The position numbers were made by a program, and so were the translations under genes. From positions 18,728-82,727 of IMG/VR virus record IMGVR_UViG_3300028800_000069: a stretch of 64,000 bases of DNA; one strand, 5' to 3'. The notes below the pieces were generated by a model. The model was not told where the DNA came from. It worked only from the letters and a program-made list of their open reading frames with translations, and did no database searches. Origin of the DNA: a virus. Position 1 is the first letter of the stretch, and every line of letters starts with the position of its first letter. This document shows positions 36,064 through 45,802 of this stretch, one piece after another.

Positions 36064-38145
36064 ATGAGCAAGGCAATACCGTTAGAACTGAGCAAGAGCG
36101 CTGCAATGGCGTTTATCATCTCACAGGGATGGAACCACGGGGACTTAACCGGGGGTCAAATCCCTGTAGAGATATGCCCCTTCTGTAAAAAGGGCGAGTT
36201 CAAATTCTACGTTGCATGCTGTGATCCCGAAGAGTCTACACGCGATGGCCTTTTCTTTTGTCACCACGGCTCCTGTCAGAAGACCGGAAACCTACGTACT
36301 CTCCAAGAGCATCTGGGTGTTAGAATTGCAGGCGTGGACTCTCGCAGGGAGTGGGCTGGGCACGGCTCAAAGGACGAGCCAGAGAAGTTGCCCGATGCGG
36401 ACATGTGTCACGCAAATCTTCTTAGTGACGCTGATGCCATGGACTATCTTCTGAACGTCCGTGGGTTCTCCAAGGAGATTATTGAAAAGCAGAAACTGGG
36501 GTTAGTAGCACAGCGATTCTTCCGAGAGGCTGGTAACGTCAAAGCCTTGGTCACTCCTTATCTAGTGAACGGAAACGTAGTGTACGCAAAGTTCCGTACC
36601 CTCCCACCCTCCCCCAAGGACTTCACATCCACTACAGGATGGGATGCTCCGTTGTACAACGGCGAGGTGCTGAACGAAGACATTCACGACGTAGTGTTCG
36701 TTGAAGGAGAGTTCAATACCATCACACTGCTGAGTTATGGAGTGCACAACGTAGTAGGTGTGCCGGGAGCCAACGTAAAGAAGGCAGCGTGGATCGAAAC
36801 TCTGGACAAACTAGGGGACGGCCTGAAGAAGTACATCATGTATGATGATGACAAAGTAGGACGCAAGTCATCTCAGGAGATCGCGTCACGCATAGGCATT
36901 GAGAAATGCTGGAAGATGACTCTGCCATACTTCGAGGTAACTGTTCCTCTTGATGAGTGCAAGCTGTGCAACGACGAAGGTTACACAATCAAGGACGGCA
37001 CCGACAAGCATGTTGTCTGCTTACACAAACGTCAAGGCAAAGACATCAACGAGTGGTTTCAGAAAGGTGGCGGCACACTAGAAGGTTTTGAGATAATGAA
37101 GAAGCATGCCGTGCTCTTCGATGTAACAGGTGTGACGCCTACCAAGGACGCCTTGCAGCAACTGATGGATGAGCTAGACGGCAAGACAGACTTGGCCCCT
37201 ACGTACATCACTCCGTGGAAGGACTTAAACAAACTCGTTGGGTTCGAAGACGGAGACGTTATTGACTTTGTGGCTCCTGAGAAGATTGGCAAGACAACAC
37301 TAGGACTTAATCTTCTGGATCACATGGTTGAGGCGTACGGAGAAGACGGCCTAGTAGTGTGCTTGGAGATGACACAGGCGCGTCTAGCACGCAAGTGGGT
37401 GGCAAAGGTTACAAGTTTTGAGGATACCATCACAGAGCCGGGAACACCTGAGTCGAAAGCTAAGTTGATTGAGTTGAAAGCCGCTTGCATAAAGGCAAAG
37501 GAAATTCAACAGAAGAGAAGTGCTGATTTGTACTTCGCGTACCCCATGCAATGGCAGGAAGACCCAGATTCAATCTTCAAACTAATCAAGGACTGTATCA
37601 GGCGCTATGGTGTGAAGTGGGTGATGTTCGACAACCTGCACAAGTTCTGCGATGAGTCTCTAAAGCATCAGGGGCACCGCACGATCTACTTGTCTCAACT
37701 AAGCAAAAGATTTGCCTCCATCGCAAAGGACTATAAAATCAAGATGGTACGCATCCTGCAGCCTAAGAGGATTGAGAAAGGTGCAACGATCAGTACGAAC
37801 GACGTGGACGGCAGCAGCCAAGTGGCTAAGGACTGTGATTGTATGATCACAGGCTGGCGTAGGGCTATTGGAGAGCAGACCAAGAGTGCATACGAAGATG
37901 CATCTGAGGATTTCTCTTCTACCAACGTGTCATTCGAACCTAAGATGCGCCTCACTGTAGGGTTATCGCGTTACTCAAGTGGAGGCTCCTGCTACGTATA
38001 CTACGACGGAGCTAGGTCACAAGTGCGAGACTACACCGAAGAGATGAAGGGTAAGATTAACGCTAACCTTCAAAACTTCAACGCAGTAATTCCCATGGAG
38101 AACGGACCATCAGTCCCAGTAGCCACAGCAAACATTCCAATCTAA
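36064..38145 (+). CDS. Primase-helicase (Zn finger, TOPRIM, SF4 helicase)
   Basis: CPFC...CHHGSC; VEGEFN, MYDDDKVG, KDINE; APEKIGKT, CLEM, FDNLH, GSSQVAKDCD. Confidence 0.92.
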   Translation: MSKAIPLELSKSAAMAFIISQGWNHGDLTGGQIPVEICPFCKKGEFKFYVACCDPEESTRDGLFFCHHGSCQKTGNLRTLQEHLGVRIAGVDSRREWAGHGSKDEPEKLPDADMCHANLLSDADAMDYLLNVRGFSKEIIEKQKLGLVAQRFFREAGNVKALVTPYLVNGNVVYAKFRTLPPSPKDFTSTTGWDAPLYNGEVLNEDIHDVVFVEGEFNTITLLSYGVHNVVGVPGANVKKAAWIETLDKLGDGLKKYIMYDDDKVGRKSSQEIASRIGIEKCWKMTLPYFEVTVPLDECKLCNDEGYTIKDGTDKHVVCLHKRQGKDINEWFQKGGGTLEGFEIMKKHAVLFDVTGVTPTKDALQQLMDELDGKTDLAPTYITPWKDLNKLVGFEDGDVIDFVAPEKIGKTTLGLNLLDHMVEAYGEDGLVVCLEMTQARLARKWVAKVTSFEDTITEPGTPESKAKLIELKAACIKAKEIQQKRSADLYFAYPMQWQEDPDSIFKLIKDCIRRYGVKWVMFDNLHKFCDESLKHQGHRTIYLSQLSKRFASIAKDYKIKMVRILQPKRIEKGATISTNDVDGSSQVAKDCDCMITGWRRAIGEQTKSAYEDASEDFSSTNVSFEPKMRLTVGLSRYSSGGSCYVYYDGARSQVRDYTEEMKGKINANLQNFNAVIPMENGPSVPVATANIPI

Positions 38146-38154
38146 AGGAGACCC

Positions 38155-38340
38155 ATGAACAAAGTGTTTGACCAATACGTCACACATCTACAGAGGCTCT
38201 ATAAAAAGAAGCCAAGCGAGTCTGTTAACAAAGGCATAGCCTACTACACAGCAGCCGCTGAGACGTTAGAGGCGCTGATCAATGCTCCTACCCCGGCGTG
38301 GGTTGGGCTGAAGTTCGAACATCCCCTACGCACACGCTAA
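38155..38340 (+). CDS. Hypothetical protein
   Basis: AAGGAG RBS. Confidence 0.6.
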   Translation: MNKVFDQYVTHLQRLYKKKPSESVNKGIAYYTAAAETLEALINAPTPAWVGLKFEHPLRTR

Positions 38341-38344
38341 GAAT

Positions 38345-38380
38345 TGCCCCGGTGAAATTCCGGGGCACCATTTCTATTTC
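38345..38380 (+). terminator. Probable terminator hairpin
   Basis: TGCCCCGG/CCGGGGCA stem followed by T-rich tract. Confidence 0.55.
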
Positions 38381-38391
38381 TGGAGACAAAC

Positions 38392-38664
38392 ATGATTCAG
38401 CAAAACAGTGTATTTATTGATCCTGAAAACTGTGGGTCCAGCGTTGGATACTACATATCCATAAGTGAATACAAACCCAAGGACAAGTCCCCGGAATACT
38501 CTCTGTCATCCACTGTGGTGATGGCAGACTGCTCGCACAAGATTGACTGGAATTTCAGCGCTGGGGACATCGACAAGATTGACGCAGCAATTCACATGCT
38601 TCAGGAGTTTCGCAAGAAGTTCTTAGAGACCGAAAAGCTGATAGCAAAACTAAACAAGAAGTGA
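38392..38664 (+). CDS. Hypothetical protein
   Basis: GGAG RBS; MADCSHKIDW motif. Confidence 0.7.
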   Translation: MIQQNSVFIDPENCGSSVGYYISISEYKPKDKSPEYSLSSTVVMADCSHKIDWNFSAGDIDKIDAAIHMLQEFRKKFLETEKLIAKLNKK

Positions 38665-38670
38665 GGACTT

Positions 38671-39816
38671 ATGAGCAACAGCACGCATCGAGTTAATGTA
38701 GTTCGCATCGAAGAGATTCTGCCTCACCCAAACGCCGACACGCTGGGCATTGTGTACATCGGAGGCTACCAGTGTGTGGTGAAGAAGGACGCGTACAAGG
38801 TTGGAGATTTGGCGATCTACGTTCAACCTGATACAATCGTTCCTGCCGTCAAGCAGTTTGCTTTTCTGTGGGACGACCGAGAGTTCCCCGGTGGAGTCCC
38901 TGAGCGTAAGCGTAGGGTCACCGTACGGAAGTTCCGCAAGGAATGGAGCGAGGGACTGTTAATGCCCATCCTAGAGTTCTTGGACCCGTACAACCCAAAG
39001 ATTCACCCGTTGGATTGGGCTGAGGGCGACGACGTGGCGGAACTGCTGGGCTTCACGCACTACGAAGAGCCAGAGCCTGCGCAGAACACGCAGCAGCACG
39101 GTAAGCAATACAAGGGCTGGCCGAAGTCGCTACGAGGGTGGTTCTACTTCATCCTTGCCAAACTGTACATCTACCGCCCTGCGGTTTATGGAGCGGACTG
39201 CACCAAAGCACCTAAGCAGTTCGCCCCTATTTATGATGTGGAAGGGTTCAAAAATTACCCACGCACATTCGCAGAGGGAGAGGAAGTTGTAGTCACGGAG
39301 AAAATCCATGGCAGCAACGCGCGGTACATGTTCGACGGCGAGAAGATGCACGTGGGTTCCAAGAACCTGTGGAAGTCCGAGAAGTCAACGTGCATCTGGC
39401 GCAGGGCGTTGAGGGAGTTGCCTTGGATTGAAGAGATGTGCAGAGCATACCCTAACATCACCTTCTACGGAGAAGTTACCCCTACACAGAAGGGCTATGC
39501 ATACGGTTGTGCAGAAAGAGAAGTAAGACTCTTTATATTCGATATGCTTCTTCCTGACGGTAGGTGGGAGGACAAGCAATGGTTCACTAGATGGACTACA
39601 GAGCCAAGCCGAGTGGTACCTGTGCTGTACTCAGGTCCGTATGACGAAGCAAAGATCAAGGCGCTGGTAGAAGGGCCGTCTGCTGTGCCGGGAGCTAAGC
39701 ACATCCGAGAGGGCATTGTAATTAGCTCAGCAGTAGAACGCACAGTGCGCGGCCTAGGTCGAGCGCAGCTTAAACTGAAGTCCATGAAATTTCTTGAAAA
39801 GGATGGTAAAGAATAA
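38671..39816 (+). CDS. ATP-dependent RNA ligase (DRB0094/Rnl2-like family)
   Basis: N-terminal OB-like HPNADTL...GYQCVV; TEKIHGSN; YGEV; REGIVI; LK. Confidence 0.9.
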   Translation: MSNSTHRVNVVRIEEILPHPNADTLGIVYIGGYQCVVKKDAYKVGDLAIYVQPDTIVPAVKQFAFLWDDREFPGGVPERKRRVTVRKFRKEWSEGLLMPILEFLDPYNPKIHPLDWAEGDDVAELLGFTHYEEPEPAQNTQQHGKQYKGWPKSLRGWFYFILAKLYIYRPAVYGADCTKAPKQFAPIYDVEGFKNYPRTFAEGEEVVVTEKIHGSNARYMFDGEKMHVGSKNLWKSEKSTCIWRRALRELPWIEEMCRAYPNITFYGEVTPTQKGYAYGCAEREVRLFIFDMLLPDGRWEDKQWFTRWTTEPSRVVPVLYSGPYDEAKIKALVEGPSAVPGAKHIREGIVISSAVERTVRGLGRAQLKLKSMKFLEKDGKE

Positions 39817-40019
39817 TGGCAAACCAATCAGTACGTCTCTGGTCCGTAAAGTACGAAGCCCGTGGGACGCGCACGGTAAATCAATACCAATGCTTGTGGA
39901 TACTAGGGGACGACTCTGAAGTAGTATCACGAAAAGCCAAACGGTTCCTAAAGAAAGATGGAGGAATTAACATTCGCATAACAACCGTGGAACAGCACGG
40001 CACAGTGGATGTGTTCTAG
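39816..40019 (+). CDS. Hypothetical protein
   Basis: TAATG coupling. Confidence 0.55.
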   Translation: MANQSVRLWSVKYEARGTRTVNQYQCLWILGDDSEVVSRKAKRFLKKDGGINIRITTVEQHGTVDVF

Positions 40020-40498
40020 TGATCTACATTGGAATCGATCCGGGCTTGAGCGGAGCGGTGGGGGTGTTGATACCTAATGAGGGTGTAATGGTGTATGACA
40101 CTCCTACTGCCGTCGTTGAAGGTGAGAAAACAAAACGCAGGTATCTCTTTGGGTCTATGGCAGCATTGTTGAGGCCATATATTGGTAAAGATGTACTGGC
40201 AGTGCTGGAGAACGTTCATTCGATGCCGAAACAGGGAGTGGCATCATCATTCTGCTTCGGTGAAGGAAAAGGCGTGTGGGAAGGTATTCTAGCTGCGTTC
40301 GAAATACCTACAGAGCTAGTATCCCCACAGCGCTGGAAGAAAGAGATAATGGCAGACCAAGGAAAAGAAAAGAGCGCAGCCAGATTCAAGGCGATGGCTC
40401 TGTTCCCGTCCTTGGCAGATCAATTGAAACTGGTGAAGCATGACGGCAGAGCGGAAGCTTTGCTAATGGCAGTGTACGGACAACGATTGAGAAAGTGA
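40019..40498 (+). CDS. ruvC: RuvC-like Holliday junction resolvase
   Basis: IGIDPGLSGA, LENV, FCFG, PQRWKK, DGRAEALL. Confidence 0.9.
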   Translation: MIYIGIDPGLSGAVGVLIPNEGVMVYDTPTAVVEGEKTKRRYLFGSMAALLRPYIGKDVLAVLENVHSMPKQGVASSFCFGEGKGVWEGILAAFEIPTELVSPQRWKKEIMADQGKEKSAARFKAMALFPSLADQLKLVKHDGRAEALLMAVYGQRLRK

Positions 40499-40502
40499 GA
40501 AA

Positions 40503-40931
40503 ATGACGATCAGTGAAGTAGCGAAAAAGCACAGTTACATAGAAGAGTTTAACTGCGTAGTAGCTTTGTACTCTGTGTTGAAGGCCAATAACATGTCGCT
40601 GCGCGTGAAGCAAGTGATGTATAGAGCAGACGAGGTGGCTGCGGAGCCTATTGACTTCATTAGCGATGTAGAAGTAAAAGTTAAGCGAGCCGTAGGTCAG
40701 AGGTTCTACGATATATTCCTTCGCGCCGTCTACAATGAAAACACGGAGATACTTTCAGAGACATTACGCGAAGCACTCGGCAGAACGTTCGCTGAATATG
40801 GCTTGGGTCCGTCCGGTGCGTATGCAAGGCTTTACTACAAGATTAAAAACGATCAAGTCCGTAGCTACATGAAAGGTGTGACCAATGGAGTCTTCAGAGC
40901 AGACGACACAGAACCTGACCAATTCGATTGA
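40503..40931 (+). CDS. Hypothetical protein
   Basis: 142 aa ORF in operon. Confidence 0.65.
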   Translation: MTISEVAKKHSYIEEFNCVVALYSVLKANNMSLRVKQVMYRADEVAAEPIDFISDVEVKVKRAVGQRFYDIFLRAVYNENTEILSETLREALGRTFAEYGLGPSGAYARLYYKIKNDQVRSYMKGVTNGVFRADDTEPDQFD

Positions 40932-41406
40932 AGAAGTAGTTGCACCTGTGCCACCTGAGGCACCTCCACAGCACTTTACACGCAAGCAGATTGGGCAGCT
41001 ACGCAGGCAGTGGATAACCACCACCCACGGCACCGTACGCGCATGCGGTCACCTAGCGAAGTTCTCCAAGGACCACGATCCAAAGAATAACTGCATTCAT
41101 TGCTGGACAGCCTACTTCATGTCGAAGGATAAAGACGGAAATCCTTACGTCGATCTAGACCTGATTCACGCTGTGCTAACCACTAAGGGTGGCAAGGCAC
41201 TTGTTGCAATGAGAGGCACGAAGTTCACAAAGATGTTCCACGGGTTCCTTTCTTCACAATTACTCCCTGCACTCGCAGCGGAAATCAACAGCAAGCCTCA
41301 GGACGAGGCCCCAGCAACTATCGTAGGAGGCACCTTTGGAACAGACCAAGAACTCGTACAGACCGGAGTATCAGGTCTACCAGACAGCGAAGGATCGCTG
41401 CACTAA
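40885..41406 (+). CDS. Hypothetical protein
   Basis: AAGGTG RBS; CGH...CIHC. Confidence 0.65.
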   Translation: MESSEQTTQNLTNSIEEVVAPVPPEAPPQHFTRKQIGQLRRQWITTTHGTVRACGHLAKFSKDHDPKNNCIHCWTAYFMSKDKDGNPYVDLDLIHAVLTTKGGKALVAMRGTKFTKMFHGFLSSQLLPALAAEINSKPQDEAPATIVGGTFGTDQELVQTGVSGLPDSEGSLH

Positions 41407-41794
41407 TCCACATAGTCAACGTTGGGCTTCTCATGGTGGGCGTGGCATAAAGTTCTTGTTCAACTCCTTCACAGAGTTCATTGCAGAACTTGGACCGCGC
41501 CCTACATCGGAGCACTCACTGGACAGGGAAGATAACGACGGTAACTACGAACCGGGAAACGTGCGATGGGCGACTAGAAGCCAACAACAGAAGAACAAAA
41601 GAGCCTACGGCAAAGGTTATGGTTGGCACGAAGCCTCTGGTTTGTGGTACGCAAGAACATGTAGGAACGGAAAAGAAACATGGCTAGGTACTTTCAAAAC
41701 AAAGAGAGAAGCCAAAGCTGCACGGGAAAGGGCTGTGGATGAGCAACGCAGAAAAGTTCAAGCAAATAGAAAGACTAAGCAAACAACTAGATGA
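41336..41794 (+). CDS. HNH-AP2 homing endonuclease upstream of recA
   Basis: RCTNP...HGGRGI...SLDREDNDGNYEPGNVRWAT; WLGTFKT..EA. Confidence 0.9.
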   Translation: MEQTKNSYRPEYQVYQTAKDRCTNPHSQRWASHGGRGIKFLFNSFTEFIAELGPRPTSEHSLDREDNDGNYEPGNVRWATRSQQQKNKRAYGKGYGWHEASGLWYARTCRNGKETWLGTFKTKREAKAARERAVDEQRRKVQANRKTKQTTR

Positions 41795-42890
41795 GCAGCA
41801 CTCAATCAAGAATTTAGGGCGAGAAGTGAAGAACTCTCTAGTGCGTTTGGGAGATAAGCCTGTACTTAGGGTACCATGTATACAGACTGAACTGCCCACA
41901 CTAGACTATGATGTCCTACAATATGGGGGAATCCCACGTGGGCGCATTGTGGAGATATTTGGACCCGAGTCCTCTGGTAAAACCACCACAGCACTGTACA
42001 TAACAGGTCAAGAACAGCGCACTGGAGGCATAGCAGCCTACATTGACGCAGAGCATAAACTAGAACCTTCCTATGCACAGGTGCTGGGAGTTAACATTGA
42101 CGACTTAGTTTTCAACCAGCCTAACAGCGGTGAAGAAGCCTTGGACACTGTGGATAAATTGGTAGAGTCTGGTGCTATCACTTTGGCAGTTATTGATTCT
42201 GCCGCTGCTTTAGTTCCAGAGGCCGAGCTTGCTGGTGACATTGGTGACCAGCACATGGGACTGCAAGCAAGAATGTTCTCCCAAGCCTTACGCATTCTAA
42301 CAGGCAAAGCCGCTCGCAACGGGGTGACTTTGATTTGGTTGAATCAAATTCGTGAGAAGATTGGTGTGATGTACGGCAATCCAGAAACTACTCCCGGTGG
42401 ACGCGCCCTGAAGTTCTACTCCAGCGTGCGCTTGAGCATCAGCCGGAAAGAAGCGATCTGGGAAGGCACCAAGGAAAATATTATTGGGCACAGCATTGAT
42501 CTGCGATGTGTTAAAAATGGAGGCGGAATTCCGTTCCGGCGCACACAGATTAATCTCATCTACCCCGGCAAAGGTCGTCAACCGGGATTCGACAAAGTAG
42601 ACAACATGATTGAGTTCGCGGCTGGGCGCAACCTGTTCGACATGAAAGGAAGTTGGTACTGGCTTGACCTTGGCAATGTGCAGATGAAAGAAGAAAAAGG
42701 CAAGCAAGTACCAGTGCTAAAGGACGGCAAGCCCGTGCCTATGGGTCCAGAAAAAATCGCTAACGGAATGGAGAACCTGAAGTCATTTCTAAGCACCAGA
42801 CCGGATGTGATTGAGCTACTACAAAAACGAGTAGCAGCACTGATCAAGAAAGAAGAGGAGCAACCAGTTGGGCAGGTGACCAATGTCTAG
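41739..42890 (+). CDS. recA: RecA recombinase
   Basis: GPESSGKTT, IDAEH, IDSAAALVP, LQARMFSQALR, NQIREKIGVMYGNPETTPGGRALKFYSSVR. Confidence 0.98.
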   Translation: MSNAEKFKQIERLSKQLDEQHSIKNLGREVKNSLVRLGDKPVLRVPCIQTELPTLDYDVLQYGGIPRGRIVEIFGPESSGKTTTALYITGQEQRTGGIAAYIDAEHKLEPSYAQVLGVNIDDLVFNQPNSGEEALDTVDKLVESGAITLAVIDSAAALVPEAELAGDIGDQHMGLQARMFSQALRILTGKAARNGVTLIWLNQIREKIGVMYGNPETTPGGRALKFYSSVRLSISRKEAIWEGTKENIIGHSIDLRCVKNGGGIPFRRTQINLIYPGKGRQPGFDKVDNMIEFAAGRNLFDMKGSWYWLDLGNVQMKEEKGKQVPVLKDGKPVPMGPEKIANGMENLKSFLSTRPDVIELLQKRVAALIKKEEEQPVGQVTNV

Positions 42891-43461
42891 CCATCGCGGT
42901 TCACTTTACACGTACTCAGGTAAGATCGCCTTCCCCGGTGGAGCACCTTCTCTACTCGACACAGCTATATCGTTGTCGAGGGAAGGCCGCTTCGCTGGGG
43001 CCGGACGTAGGTTCTTCTCAGTAGCCTTACACTGCTTTGTCGTAGCTGATCTTCTGCCTTCACATCTGAAGTTCGACGGATTGTTTCACGACAACCCAGA
43101 GGTGATCACAGGGGACACGCCGAAGCCTGCTAAGACTGCAGAGATAGAAGCGTTCGAAGAGGACTTGTCTATTGCTGCGTACGCCTCGCACGGCATTACA
43201 CCGCCTAACGAACTGCAACATGCTACAGTGAAGCTCGCAGACCGTATGGCAATGCGTGGTGAGGTATATACCGTAGGCAACGTGGCACTGCAAGAATTCT
43301 ACGAGCCGTGCCCTGAAGCCGAGGAGTTGATTTTCAAGTACGTAAAGGAGTATACTTACGAAGACATGCTGGAGGCGAGCGGTCGAGTGCCGATGGAGTT
43401 TATGAGGAGGTTTCGACAGTACAAACAACAACTAGCACCAGAGAGATTTGTGAAATATTAA
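42883..43461 (+). CDS. HD-domain 5'-deoxynucleotidase (YfbR/YfdR-like)
   Basis: LSREGRFAG...SVALH...LFHDNPEVITGD.PKPAK...KLAD. Confidence 0.85.
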   Translation: MSSHRGSLYTYSGKIAFPGGAPSLLDTAISLSREGRFAGAGRRFFSVALHCFVVADLLPSHLKFDGLFHDNPEVITGDTPKPAKTAEIEAFEEDLSIAAYASHGITPPNELQHATVKLADRMAMRGEVYTVGNVALQEFYEPCPEAEELIFKYVKEYTYEDMLEASGRVPMEFMRRFRQYKQQLAPERFVKY

Positions 43462-43479
43462 AATCCTAAGGAGACAATA

Positions 43480-43992
43480 ATGTGCGCTGCAAACAATTTA
43501 CCAAGCAAGACACCCACAACTTCAACCAAGCCCTCGACAAGTACGACCAAGGAGCCGAAGTGGTTAACGATGAAGAAACAGAACAAGTCTTCAGCCGGAA
43601 AGACCGCAAAGCCTATCGCTCCGAAGTCCTCAGAAAGCAGCGCACAGAAGCCTCAGCAAGAAACACGAAACGCAAAGCGAGCACGCTGGGCTAAGAAGTC
43701 GAAGCCCGTGGCAAAGGCTCCGGTGAACCGTGGTCCTGTCCGTGAGTACATCTCTGTGTGCTGCAATGTAGGAGCTACGAAGCCTCGTGCAGGGGCAAAG
43801 GAAGCAGCTAAAGACCCAGAGACAGGTAAGGTCAAGGACAAGTCCAAGGGTCTAGGTCACTGGCGCTGCACTGGTTGCCGCAAGGCTTGCAAGGTGAAGT
43901 CTCAGGCACCAGCACCTAAGTCGGTAGTTATTGCCAGCGTACCTTTGTTCGTTCCTAATCAAAGCGTGGAGGTGACCGTTGCGACTACTTAA
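43480..43992 (+). CDS. Basic hypothetical protein with Zn-binding motif (start uncertain)
   Basis: TAAGGAG RBS; SVCC...WRCTGC.KAC. Confidence 0.6.
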   Translation: MCAANNLPSKTPTTSTKPSTSTTKEPKWLTMKKQNKSSAGKTAKPIAPKSSESSAQKPQQETRNAKRARWAKKSKPVAKAPVNRGPVREYISVCCNVGATKPRAGAKEAAKDPETGKVKDKSKGLGHWRCTGCRKACKVKSQAPAPKSVVIASVPLFVPNQSVEVTVATT

Positions 43993-44389
43993 GCAATTCG
44001 TTGTGGACTACCTAATCGGGGTAGCCCTAGTGGCTCTTATTTGCCTGCTGTCTATTTTCTCGCACGGTGCCGTAGGCAAACAGCATGTGAACTCTATTGG
44101 CACTCCAATGTACATGGACAACCCGTTCACGTATAAGGCTGGAGCGATCATCGCTGTGGCATACGTAGCAAACGGCAAAGGACTCGCCGTGCGAGTGCAG
44201 CCGATTGGAACCTATGGTCTGTTCACCGAGGACATTCTGTTTTGTGGTACGCCTACGGAGTCGTTCTTGAACATGACTAATCCTATGGTGTTGACCTACC
44301 GCACCAGAGCGAACAAAATGATTGACTACGTAGGGTGTCACGATTTGATTAGCGTGTACTCTCTCAAACCCAAGGAGAAGTTACAGTGA
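43979..44389 (+). CDS. Membrane-anchored hypothetical protein
   Basis: GGAGG RBS; N-terminal TM. Confidence 0.65.
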   Translation: MRLLKQFVVDYLIGVALVALICLLSIFSHGAVGKQHVNSIGTPMYMDNPFTYKAGAIIAVAYVANGKGLAVRVQPIGTYGLFTEDILFCGTPTESFLNMTNPMVLTYRTRANKMIDYVGCHDLISVYSLKPKEKLQ

Positions 44390-44540
44390 CATTCTTCAAC
44401 CACTTGTACAAAAACCACGAGAGAGAAGAGCTAATACGCACTGTTGACTCTATGATCTCGATCTTGCTGCAGTTGACTACCCTAGGTGTGCAGGTATTCG
44501 GACTGTGGTGGATCATGCATCACCCTCACTAAGGAGAACT

Positions 44541-44915
44541 ATGAATTGGAAGTACGAACAGAAGACAGGAAAGCTGTACGATCCGCAAGGCAACTTCGTA
44601 GCGAAGGGCTATGCAGGCGGCAACTGTGGGAAGAACCCTGAGGGCATTAACAACGCTGACATGCAAGGCGTGAAAAGTGTAGGTCCACTTCCGGTAGGTG
44701 TTTACACTCGCGGAGCAGTGGTGTTACAGTCGCACCTCGGACCCTTTGCCATTCCTCTGGTACCTGACAAGGACAATGACATGCTTGGACGTGGTGGATT
44801 TTTTATGCACGGGGACACTACACCTTCTGGCAATGCCTCGGAGGGATGCATCATCATGCTACGTGCCATACGTGAGTTGTTCTACAAATCAACTGATCCA
44901 CTGGAGGTGGTATGA
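44541..44915 (+). CDS. Tlde1/DUF2778 (L,D-transpeptidase-like) protein
   Basis: YEQKTGKL...GYAG...GPLPVGVY...GRGGFFMHGD...ASEGCII. Confidence 0.85.
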   Translation: MNWKYEQKTGKLYDPQGNFVAKGYAGGNCGKNPEGINNADMQGVKSVGPLPVGVYTRGAVVLQSHLGPFAIPLVPDKDNDMLGRGGFFMHGDTTPSGNASEGCIIMLRAIRELFYKSTDPLEVV

Positions 44916-45166
44916 TCGTAAAGCACATCGGAGCAGATGGAAGAGTACGACGGCAGTTCGAAAGTATTCACTCCATTTACCAACACGACCACAACCATAT
45001 TGTGACCGTGAATCGAGTACAAGCAGCAATCGAACCTGTAGACACTTCTAATGCGTTGCCCACAGCTTACATGCGCAACTGGAGTTTTGAATATCCAGTA
45101 GCCATCATTCATTTAGCAGAGGGCGAATCAGTGGAGAGGGTAGAGGATGAACCTACACGGGCTTAA
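44912..45166 (+). CDS. Hypothetical protein
   Basis: GGAGG RBS, ATGA overlap. Confidence 0.6.
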   Translation: MIVKHIGADGRVRRQFESIHSIYQHDHNHIVTVNRVQAAIEPVDTSNALPTAYMRNWSFEYPVAIIHLAEGESVERVEDEPTRA

Positions 45167-45460
45167 CTGGGGACAAATCATTGGGTGGTCTGGAGTCATT
45201 CAAAGCGCAGGCGCGGCAATCGGCTACGCTTGCGTTAAGGACTTTCGCCACGCTCTCTACTTCGCCTTCGCGGCGGGAATTACCGTATGTGTTATTTGGA
45301 GGTGACATGCTTTCTGAATTAAAACTCAACCTATATCGCAGTGACATACCATCCATCGGAGAAGACCTTAGGGAATTGGTACGACAGTTGGCACAGGAGT
45401 TGTACAGAGAGAGATATGGTAGGAGAGATAACGAAAATTACCGAGACTGGCTAGAGGCCA

Positions 45461-45802
45461 ATGGTCCGGGGAGGTGACATGTTAGGAGAACCGACTGGAG
45501 ACTACAAAGTGCTCAAGGCCGATGACGTTGGCACGCGCTTAACTCATATGATGGAGTTGCAGGATGTTTGGAGCACATGCTATGCTATTCTCACACGTGG
45601 CGGATACCACAGTGAGCTAGAGCAGGTAAGAGCCGCACAACTAGACGTAGCCTTGGACCTGTTGCAACATCACCTTGAGGCAGAGTACAGCGGGACATCA
45701 TACGCCAAGATAATCAATGACCTGCCCAAAGACCCAAAGGAGATTCCTGATGATAAGAACCATCCTCCTGACGACTTCACTACTCACCGCGACACTATTT
45801 AG
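45461..45802 (+). CDS. Hypothetical protein (start may be 45479)
   Basis: GGAGG RBS before ATG at 45479. Confidence 0.55.
   Translation: MVRGGDMLGEPTGDYKVLKADDVGTRLTHMMELQDVWSTCYAILTRGGYHSELEQVRAAQLDVALDLLQHHLEAEYSGTSYAKIINDLPKDPKEIPDDKNHPPDDFTTHRDTI

Noticed and set aside
1-43461. 2-aminoadenine (Z) genome system from PolA, MazG and HD protein
   Set aside because: No PurZ in the window, the genes are unlinked, and the HD protein looks like the common YfbR/YfdR type.
43482-43694. Overlapping +2 frame ORF as dual coding or frameshift
   Set aside because: Plausible composition, but no slippery site or independent support; start assignment is merely ambiguous.
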